Assembly: GCA_026025795.1 (NCBI GenBank)
Contig: JAPEUG010000181.1
Span: forward strand, 1-32,816
DNA: 32,816 nt
Direction: 5' to 3'
DNA from: Thelocarpon superellum
Lineage: Eukaryota
The translations under genes and the position numbers were made by a program. Shown here one piece after another: positions 23,520 through 32,816 of the stretch. The number at the start of each line of letters is the position of its first letter. The stretch's first letter is position 1. The notes beneath the pieces are model-generated. The model did not search any database and was not told the DNA's origin. It saw nothing but the letters and a program-made list of their open reading frames with translations.

Positions 23520-25304
23520 ATGTTCAGACCACCGATCAACCGCGCTATGACGGTGCTAGACCGGGGGTTTTTCACTAAAGAGGTTTGCCTGGCCGCGGCG
23601 CGAGTCTTGAGCAACCAGAATATCTCCAGGTGCCGCACGGAGCTCGATCGGAGCAAGGATCTATTGCGCCTTGAACGGACGGCGTCCGTCTGCCCCGACC
23701 CACAGGCAGCGTCACTGGGGAGAAAATGTCTGCTTCTTCGTCCGGAAATACGAGTCGACGGTAGGGATGCTCAAGTATCCAAGATATCGTTTCTACAGGA
23801 GCTGATTCTCATGTCAGATATGTCGACGTGGAGTATGCGGTTGCACGAAATGGTTCGCGCCGAGGAGGTCAAGGTCATTCCATACTCGTTGAAGCTGAAC
23901 TACGATCACTGGACGTACTGTAGGTGATGGTTGAGATGACCGACGCCAATGTATATGCATGTGGACGGGTTAGCTAACGGGGCTCAGACGATATCATGAG
24001 CTCGATCTTGCCCGAGGACGAGCAAGAGGAGCTACCGAGTAGCTTCAGCATCGTGGGACATATCGGTAGGGATGAGTCCGACCGATAGCCCAAGACGACA
24101 TTGCTCACCAACGCCATCCAGCTCATTTGAATCTCCGCGAGCAATACCTCGCCTTTAAGAGCCTTATAGCAGCCGTCCTCCTGGACAAGAACCCATCCGT
24201 GACGACGGTCATCAACAAGACCAACGACGTGGGAACTAGCTCGGCCTACCGCACATTCGGATACGAAGTCCTGGCCGGAGATAGTGATCTGAGCGTCGAA
24301 GTGAAGGAGGAAGGATGCACGTTTCGGTTCGACTACGCCAAAGTCTACTGGAACAGTCGACTGAATACCGAGCACCGCCGACTCGTGGAGATATTCCGGC
24401 CCGGCGAGGCCGTGTGTGATATCATGGCTGGCGTCGGGCCGTTCGCGATCCCCGCTGCGAAGAAGGGTGTCCTGGTGTGGGCCAACGATCTGAATCCGGA
24501 TAGCTACAACAGCTTGACGGATGCTATTCGCCGTAATAACGTGAGTGGGATTGCCTCGGTGTCGACCAAGGAGGAGAGAGACCAGGATTGACAGAGGATG
24601 GAACGGAGCAGGTCACCAGCTTCGTCAAAGCCTTCAATTCCGACGCCCGCACCTTCATTCCTTCCGCGGCACAGGATCTCCTACGTACGAGCGCATCGAC
24701 ACCTTTTCTGGCCGTGAAGTCGAACAAGCCTCCCCGACGTCACCAGCACTCTGTTCCCACCGCCACCTCCACAGTCAAAACCGCTACCGCAAATTCTCCC
24801 CTTATCACCACCACCACCACCTCCCCACGCGCGGCCGCGGCCTCGGAGAAAAAAGTACCAATCCCACGCACCTTCGCCCACTTCGTCATGAACCTCCCCG
24901 CGACCGCGACCTCCTTTCTCTCATCATTCAGGGGAATCTACAAGGGGCACGAGGAGCTCTTCGAACCACACACGACCACGCCCCTACCTATGGTCCACGT
25001 GCATTGCTTCTCGAGCAAGAGCGAGGATAACAAAGCGGAGGAGGTCAAGATCTGTGCAGTCGTCAATGAAGAGCTCTCTCGCTCGTCTGCAGAGGGGGGT
25101 GACGATGGCGCAGGGAGAGTCCCAGAGGGTGCAAAGGAAACTATCAGGGAAAGGAACAGGGAAAGGAAAAGAGAAAGAAGAGAATACATCACTCCTACCA
25201 CGCCTTCCGTTACCATCTGGGACGTGCGCGACGTAGCGCCGCAGAAACGAATGTTCTGTGCTAGCTTCAGACTCCCGTCTGACGTCGCTTTCGATCGGGA
25301 CTGA
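23520..25304 (+). CDS. TRM5: tRNA (guanine37-N1)-methyltransferase Trm5. Exons 23520-23760, 23818-23919, 23988-24065, 24122-24540, 24612-25304 (possible upstream extension from 23341)
   Basis: '[10 protein letters not shown]', '[16 protein letters not shown]', '[16 protein letters not shown]', SAM motif '[12 protein letters not shown]', 'ANDLNP', 'HFVMNLP', '[18 protein letters not shown]'. Confidence 0.94.
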
Positions 25305-25573
25305 GCCGTTGTTTCTATGAAGTGTAGTTACTTGCGTGTATGTCCTCCCTCGCTCTCTCTTGATCTGCTTGAGCATCTATTCTCTGCGTATCTGGTCCTC
25401 TTGGGCTGGAAGGAAGAACGGCATTATATCACTCTTGTGCACGACTCGACGGTGCTGGAGGTACCCGGTCTGTACATGTACCATATTTGGTTCTACTATA
25501 CATTCGTTCCTGTTCTGTATAGACTGGGCCGTGCTGTAGTGTAGCCGTAGATATGGTGCAAGCCGGTGATCTT

Positions 25574-26670
25574 TCACGCCGTGTCCATCTTATCGGCATC
25601 GTCGACATCCCCGGCCTCAGCCCCGGCCCCGGCTCCGTCGCCAGTCTCGGGCTCGCCATCCTTCTTATCCTCCTCTTTTGCCGCCGATGACGATGCAGCG
25701 GTAGCATCTCCTTCCTCTTGAATATCTTCCAGATTCGTCTTGGCCTCCTTCTCCTCCCGTTCCTTCTTCTCCTTCTCGAGCCGGGCCTTCTCCTCCTCGA
25801 AGCTCATCCGCAGCGCCAGCTCCAGCTCCGGGTCGACGGACGGATCCACTCCGAATTCGAATCCGTTGGCGCCGCCGCTGCCGCCGTCGCCGCCGCTTCC
25901 TCCCATGCCGCCGCCACTGCCCATGCCGTCCCCGCTTAGGATGGGTGTGGTCACCAACGCGTCGCTCAGCAGATGCGGGCCGGCTGGGATGATGGCCAGA
26001 TGGGAGCCTTCGCCACCTTTGATGTTCTCGTTGAAAGCCTCGAGCTTCTTGGCGTTGCCATCATCCAGATCGCCAAAGGCCACAAAGTCCACGGCCACAT
26101 TGCTCTTCTTCAACCTCCTGGCTAACCGTACCAGCGTCTTTTCGTCCTCGTAGATGGTCGAGCAGCAGAATACGATGATGCGTTGCCGATGCGAGTTGTT
26201 CTGTCGGTGCTTCAGGGCGAGCTGCCTCCCGTTAGTGATGTGGCCAAAGCTCTGCTCAACAACTCACCGCCGCAATCTGAATCCCCGTGGCCAAGTGCAT
26301 CTCCCCTCGAATCTTCGTCCGGTGAAGACCATCGAGGATCTTGCCAAAGTCCGTGGTCAACGTCACCAGCACCTCCGGTCCATTCCCACCCATGCTCATC
26401 AGTCCAACGGATGATTCCGGGTTAGCCTGTGTCTTGGCCGAAAAGATGAGCGAAACGGCGTCGGCTTGTGCTTCGAATCGCGTGGGCCTGTAGGCGGGCA
26501 ACATCAGTCCCATGTCCGTCTCAAGCTTCCCCGCATCGATGCACTCACGCATAGTCTCCATTCCGGCTGCTCTCACTATTGTCCACCCTGTTCCACCCAG
26601 CGCATTAGCTCTCACTTCTGCCGTGGCCCTCCCGCCGCACCTACACTATCATAGTCGCCTCCAACACCAT
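25574..26670 (-). CDS. RPN10: 26S proteasome ubiquitin receptor Rpn10 (vWA + UIM). Exons 26670-26645, 26587-26549, 26487-26268, 26221-25574
   Basis: '[29 protein letters not shown]', 'ANPESSVGLMSM', 'LALKHRQN', UIM 'DPELELALRMSFEEE'. Confidence 0.96.
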
Positions 26671-27360
26671 CCTGTCGACAGAGCCTACCTGGCTTTACCC
26701 CCCCAAGACGTTTTGGCCCACTGCAAGACGGAGAGACGAGCAGTCTGCACAGATGGACCTCGTCTCAAGTTGGTTCAAGGGACAGGCAGATGGATCACGT
26801 TGGTTTCTGGTGTGACCACTACTCGCACGTCTTAGTAATGTTAGTCAAATGCATGCCGTAGTCTTCTCGCTAATCATGCTGCCGTATCAAAAGTAGTGAT
26901 ACAGATAGCCCAGTCAAAACAACTCGTCCAGAGACCAGCTCGCACGGATCAGAACCCAGAAGCTCTCTAAGAAGGCTTTTACGACACTGCCGTCACTGTG
27001 CTACCCGCATTTTCATTTTGCAAAGATCTGGCATTGTTCACTGTGTATAAGAGCCGGGCCATTCGCATGTGGGCGTCACCCGACAATATGGTTCTCGACC
27101 ATGAGTACCGCCACTTTAGCTCGACGTTGGAGACACGTTAACATGTAGTCGTTCTACAATCAGTCCAGCCTCGGACAAGCTTGGAACAGGCCACATGTCG
27201 AGGACACCCTTCACAGCCATCACAGATTCTCTCACAACAGTCACACAGTGCAGAAAGTGGCATGAGGTCATTCGGAAGTTCGCCGTTCAGGTGGCACCGT
27301 GCGTCGCTACGGTTGAGGGGTGCCCTCAGAGGCGAACTCGCCGCCAACGAATAAGCGAGT

Positions 27361-27368
27361 TTGTTTAC
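27361..27368 (-). promoter_or_regulatory. Candidate forkhead-binding site GTAAACAA upstream of the Borealin-like gene
   Basis: ttgtttac on the + strand, ~125 bp before the ATG. Matches the Fkh consensus, but it is a single short motif. Confidence 0.35.
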
Positions 27369-27490
27369 TTCAGGTGTATCCGGCCCTTTTCTCGAAGTGA
27401 TCCAAACCTCCACCCTCGGCTGTTCTCGACCCCCAGTGCCATAGCTCAACCTCTCCAAAGTCGAGCGTGTATGTCGTCTTGATTCCCATC

Positions 27491-28650
27491 ATGGCTCCTG
27501 TACGCTCCAAGAACCGTGGCTCCGATGGAGCGTCGACTCCGACAAAGCAAAGAAGAAGAATGGCCCTCACTCAGGGACAGAAACAAGTGTTGATTGACAA
27601 CCTCCAACTCGAAGGTATCGGTGACAACAATACGCCCCGTTGTCCGCGGTCGGTTTACCCATGCTGATGCTCGTCCTTTGCAGTGACTTCACGAGCGCGC
27701 AAGCTGCGCGCTCAGTATGCACTCCAAGCACAAGGTCTGCGGACCCGCGTCGAGATACGCGTCAACCGGATCCCGCTCGCTCTACGCAAAGTGAACATGG
27801 GCGACCTCATTGCCAAATACGCGGCCGGTCCTGAGATGGACACTCAACCCGACGTCAAGGTCCTGGCCATGCCAAAGAACGGGGCAACGGCCGCGTCAAT
27901 GAAGCAGTTGGTCACGACCACGCCGGCCCTCAACAACAGACCCACCCAGCACCCACGCGGCATCAAGCGACCCAGGTAAGCCACCAGCGCCCGCCGGCAG
28001 GCCATTGGTAGCCCGGATCTCTGACATGTCCCAGCAATGATCTGGATCACGAGACTTACAAAGAGAACACGCCACAGCCCGAGCTGCAGATCCCCAAGAA
28101 ACGGGCGAAGACGACGATGGCAAGCACGGCGGCCACGCGCGCCACCTCGCGCACCAAGGCGCCTCAGGCGCAGATTCTCTCGCCCAAGTCGTCCAATCCA
28201 CGCTCCGTCCCCCACTCACCCGTGCCGGGGCCGGGGTCGGGACATGCCGTGACGTCGCCGAGCAAAGCCGCTAGCAGTCGAACGGGATCCCCACTCAAGG
28301 CCGCGCCCTCCACCACGAGTCAGGCCACGACGGCCACCTCACGCACCACCCGTGCGATAGCCGGGATGGTGGAAAGAGCCAAGAGCACACGTGCCAAGGC
28401 CGCCCGAAAGATATCGCCCGCCACCAAGGCCACACCTGCCACGACTGCCGCCGCCTCAGCGCCCACAACCGCGTCCGCGGCCACATCACGGGCCACCTCC
28501 ACCACCGCTGGCTCCATGAAAAGCAAAACACTTGCATCGGCTTCTGTGCCGGACCCCGTCCCAAGCAAGCGGAAAGCCACCGGTCCGGCGAGAAAAGCCG
28601 AGCCCGCCAAGCCCGCACCCACACGACGGGTCCTCAGGAAGCGAACCTGA
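27491..28650 (+). CDS. Borealin N-terminal (Nbl1/Borealin) domain protein, putative chromosomal passenger complex subunit. Exons 27491-27614, 27684-27975, 28035-28650
   Basis: 'LTQGQKQVLIDNLQLEVTSRARKLRAQYALQAQGLRTRVEIRVNRIPLALRKVNMGDL', followed by a basic S/T/A/P-rich tail with 'KEN' and SP sites. Confidence 0.8.
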
Positions 28651-31600
28651 TCAATCCATACTGACGCGGCCACCCTGGAAATGGCGTCGTGCATTAGGCT
28701 GACTTGACGATGATTGGAAGTACACGCCGTTTGAGGCGTTTTGGCGTGCAAGTGAACACATGTACGTTCTGAGGGTATAGGTACTGTATGAGTACCAGTA
28801 CTTGGACAGCCTTAGCACTGGGTCCCGGCGTTGTCGGAGGCCGGAGGGTGTGAACCATGGTCCACGGAGCAATCAAAGCATGCATCATTCAATAACGTGA
28901 CCCCCACATAGCTGTTGCCCGAATCGAGCCGTCCAGCGTCCCAGTGCGTCCGAATGACGGCCGTAAACGACAAACGGTCGGGCGATCTACTCGTCCATCC
29001 TCCCTAGCTAATGACCGACGTCGTAAGTGGCGCCGAGTTTCGGGTCATGAAGAAACGCCGGCCATCGGATTAGGACGTGATAGCTGACAAGGTTTGGCCC
29101 GACGAGGTGATGTTGGTGATGAGGGGGGGATGGGGCCACGACCGGAGACAAGGAATGACACCGGACCAGACTGCCGGTAAATGAGGTAGTGGCTCGCCTC
29201 GTGCCTCGCGCCTCGCCCGCTCGAGGCTGGAGGGCGGAGGATGTGCACAAAGAATGGACTGGTCGGCGCCAGCGACATGCGTGCAGGGATCATCCTTTCC
29301 CAAGTCCTCACGAGTCGGCCGCATGTCCTCGACCCGATAGCCACGACAACGGAGAAGATCCGTGGCATGCCGGCGCGCTCGAGATCTCGCGGAAGAAATG
29401 GGGCGTCATCACGCGATCGTAATCGGCCATGCCATCATTTCGTACCCTCCCCGGCCTACTCCCTGGTCGACAGGCCAAAAAGGGCTCGGGGCGTGCCGAG
29501 GTGTCGAGACCGCCAAAGCCGGCGCCAACGGGGCCCTTCCGCCAGCCCTCGCGGCGCAGAGCAGTCCTCATTGGCGGTCGGCCTTACGCCTCGCGGAGGT
29601 GCTGCAATGCTAGGGTCTCTAGCGGCGGTCGACTTGGTGATGTCGTGCCGCAAATGTACCGGTGCTCACCTAAATCTCACCACCTCGTTGGGGGTAAAAG
29701 ATATCACGGTCTGGAAGCCAAGCATGGGCGGTAGCTCCACTCTCGTTGCAGGAAGGACCCCACGAGTACTCGTACGAGCCATCCGCCGATAAAGGCTCTC
29801 TAGCGGCAAAATGCTTTTTCTCTGCCGGGTGTGGCAAATCAAGCGAGTGCGCAACGTGGTGAGCACTATCAGCGACCGCTGTGGTAGAAGATCAAGCCCG
29901 CGGGCTCGAATGGTTGGCTGGCCAAACCCTAAGCTGGGCTGGCTGGGTGGTGGACCCATCGCGTCGGATCGCCGTCGAATCGCGGTCGGATCGCACGTCG
30001 GACCAAGTTCACTCGACTCCGCACGAGGGCCGTTGCACGCGTTGTGCAGGCGTGCAGCAGCAGGAGTTGCGCACAACCAACCGGCGATCGAGCCTTGGAG
30101 CCCGTCCAGAGCCTAGGTAGGCGATGCCCGACCCAAGTGCAAGGTGCCAGGTGCCAGTGGAAGTAGTAGCGCGAGTCCGATCGTGGAATATTTAGTTACC
30201 TGTCACCAGCACGAGGACCGCGGCCGAGCGATGGCACTGATCGGATTGGGAGGTCAGGGAGAGCGCCCACCCCCGGAAGGTCGGGGGTGTGCGGGCAGCT
30301 TGCGGGCAACGTGCAGACGCCGTGCAGCCGCTGGGTCGCAGTCGGTAATTATCTGCAGGACAGGCCTAGTGTGTCGTCCCGCCTCCCGGACCTCCCTACC
30401 AGACGGGCCCAAGCTGGCCGGCTACTGGCTATGGGCTACGGCCTCTCCCAGAGCTCCATCCCCTCGCCAGTCGGAGAATGTGATGAGCGAGCTCGGCAGT
30501 GATCCAGGCTCAGGCGTGATCGGGTCGAGCTCTCGCGGGACTGCGTCATGATTTGATGCATGCCTCGGACGCTTCGTGCAGTCCGACATGGCCTTGAGAC
30601 GATGCAGGCATCGGGTGTGAGAGGGGCCGAGGGCTGACCGACGCCTCGCATTGTGCCGTCGATTTGCGCGGCCGGCAGCATGAGCAAGTCACGGGGGGGG
30701 CCGAGACTCCGCCGATACAGGGCGGCGGCATGGTCAGCATCACGCCAGCGTGGGCGTCGTAGTATCATGGCCGTCATGCTGCTGCGTGCGGAGACGCGTG
30801 CGGAGTATTCGTCGCCAGGCCTCCGAGTAGGCGACATTTCTCAGCCGGCAGCCAATCACGCCGGCCGCTGGTGAATTAATCTGCCGTGGGGAGAGAAATG
30901 TACCAAATCCCATTCGGCTCATCTCGCCCCCTCCCCCCACCTAACCCCCCCCCCTGGTTCGTATCATGCTATGCACCCCCCGAGGAGATGGGTGGGTCCC
31001 GCTGGCGCTCGCTCGTCACGGCTCCCTGTCTCGTTTTCCTCCAGGATCAGGCACGCAACCGCGCTGGACCCGCACGACACGCACGACGCAAACGAGTGCA
31101 GTTACCCACACGTACATCCGCCCCAGCATTGACACTGCAGGCCCCTGTGGTCCCAGCGCATTGTCACCGATGCCTCACGTTGCTGCTAAACGGATGGGGC
31201 TCCATTGCCGCTGGCCGCTCGGGTCGGTCACCCCGAATGCTGACTACTGAATCCCATGATCCGCTTTCGGATCGTAGCCTCACCGACTTTTTCGCGACGT
31301 TGTGGGAGCAGGAGGCGGAGGCAAGATGCGCAGCTCTCCTCGGCGGAGTTGGACGATCGTTATGGTATTCGTTATCATATTCGTAAAAAAGCACGCCTGG
31401 CCACCGACGGCCCACTAAGTCACGAGGCATGGGCGCGAACACGTACCAGTAGGGCCAGTAGGGCGCGAGCGAGAGGGCGAAAGGCGGCCGCGCACAAATT
31501 TTCCTGGTTCAAACTCAGTTGTTCGTTTGTCGCTCGGGCTCCCCTTGTGAAGCTTTGTCGATCGTCCGCCAGTCTAACGCCCGCGCGGAGGAAGAGCGAA

Positions 31601-31701
31601 GCGCTTGAGCCCAGAGGGCGAGTGCGAGCGAACGAGGTCTAAAATCTCTTCACCAACCAAAAGGCTCCACTCCGTCATCATTTTCCTCTCCACTCCAGCA
31701 G

Positions 31702-31800
31702 GTACCGATCCGACCAATCGGCCGCCCACCCAATCACACGCCTGCAGTGTGCTCGTCACCGCATCTAACCCCGACCACGACCCACGAGCTCGGCGTCCAG
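31702..31800 (+). other. Predicted intron in a non-coding leader of a gene lying beyond the window
   Basis: AG|GTACCG donor, CTAAC branch at 31765, CAG acceptor at 31798-31800, preceded by a CT-rich tract. Confidence 0.5.
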
Positions 31801-32361
31801 TCGCGTTCGCCAGGCTTCGCGCGCGTTCGCCTTTTTCGCCTACGACCCCTCGGCGGTCTGTCTGACTGGAAGAGGCGCCCCTGCTGTTTCACTTGGCGAT
31901 CAACGCGCGCGACCTGTCGACCCCTTTGGACCTCACTGCTGCTCCCGCCGCCGCTGCTCCTCTCGACCGCGGCCTTCCACTCGTTGCACGTTGCGCCCGC
32001 CCCGTGACCGTGACCTCCTGCGGACGATAGGGCTGGTGCCAACGTGCTCTACCAACCGTAGGGAAGAAGCGGAGCCGATCCCGCTGATTGGATTGCTGCG
32101 GCCTCGCCACGGCCAAGCCCTCTTTCGTTCATCGGCCCAGGCTCACTCGACGGTACCGCCCCTTCGCTACGGGGAACAAAGTCGCACGTCAGCCCCGACC
32201 GACCGCACCACACGCCGCGAGCTGCACGCCGCACGCAGCACCCACGCACCCACGCACTACTTGTCCGAGTGACTCGTACTCGCCCTCGACCGCACACCCA
32301 CCACGCCCTCCCTTCGCGTTCCAAAGCCCGGTCCAGTGCAAGTCTCGGTCCAGGTCGAGTT

Positions 32362-32391
32362 CCAGCTCCAGCGCCAGCGCCAGCGCCAGCA
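32362..32391. repeat. (CCAGCN)5 hexamer tandem repeat
   Basis: ccagct ccagcg ccagcg ccagcg ccagca seen directly. Confidence 0.85.
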
Positions 32392-32816
32392 CCCGCATCG
32401 CCAAAAGTCACGGTGCGTCGGGAGTACCGCAACACGCACTACCTACGCACGAGGCCCTGGGTGATTGACGAGACCGCCGTGACCTACTTTCCTCTCACAC
32501 CCTCACTCTGTTTGCGTAGGACGGACCTACTCGACCGATCCGTCGCCCGCTCCACCAACCAACACCACGCATACCCGCACCGCGCCCTACGCTTACCCGC
32601 ACGACAGCTCACTCCTTTTCCCACGCGCTTCGGAGCAGCCCCCGTGCAGCTCCAACGTGACCGGATCCGACAGCTCATTCTCCAGCTCCTGTCGACGACG
32701 GCTCACGTCCCCGTGTACTGAATCGTGGCTCACATCGGGGGCCTAGGACCAGCGTCGTCACGTTTCGCGTATCCGATCCGGTCGGTCTCAAGGGACAGGT
32801 CCACTGTAAGAGCAGC

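Noticed and set aside
30479..30600. Possible C/D box snoRNA (GTGATGA)
   Set aside because: No CTGA box D with a terminal stem at a suitable distance, and no guide sequence recognised.
29241..31642. ORFs of 130-183 aa in the right-hand intergenic region
   Set aside because: No recognisable domains, overlapping in several frames, and consistent with chance in GC-rich DNA.
1..32816. CRISPR array, transposon or prokaryotic operon interpretation
   Set aside because: The repeats are simple microsatellites without spacers, no transposase, RT or terminal repeats are seen, and the fragmented ORFs are explained by spliceosomal introns rather than pseudogenisation.

Overview
Eukaryotic DNA: a GC-rich, compact, intron-dense filamentous ascomycete (Pezizomycotina-like) window. 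Joining exons by hand at GT..AG introns with CTRAY branch sites gives 13 protein-coding genes. These are an ELMO/CED-12 protein, an atypical SDR, a PXB-PX-DUF3818 protein, CCT4, RPT1, SDH1, RPB4, TRS23, TspO, ARS2/SERRATE, TRM5, RPN10 and a Borealin-N/Nbl1-like protein. There is also an intron-containing tRNA-Tyr(GTA). The last ~4 kb has no recognisable coding gene. No mobile element, CRISPR array or biosynthetic cluster is visible, and I cannot support a wholly new multi-gene system. The notable signals are in gene architecture: an intron that splits the TRS23 start codon (unspliced it reads ATG-TAA), an 8-nt RPT1 microexon, a spliced upstream presequence-like extension of TRM5, a ~1.4 kb ATG-free spliced leader at the right end, and several unusual introns. 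All gene models are manual predictions without transcript data.
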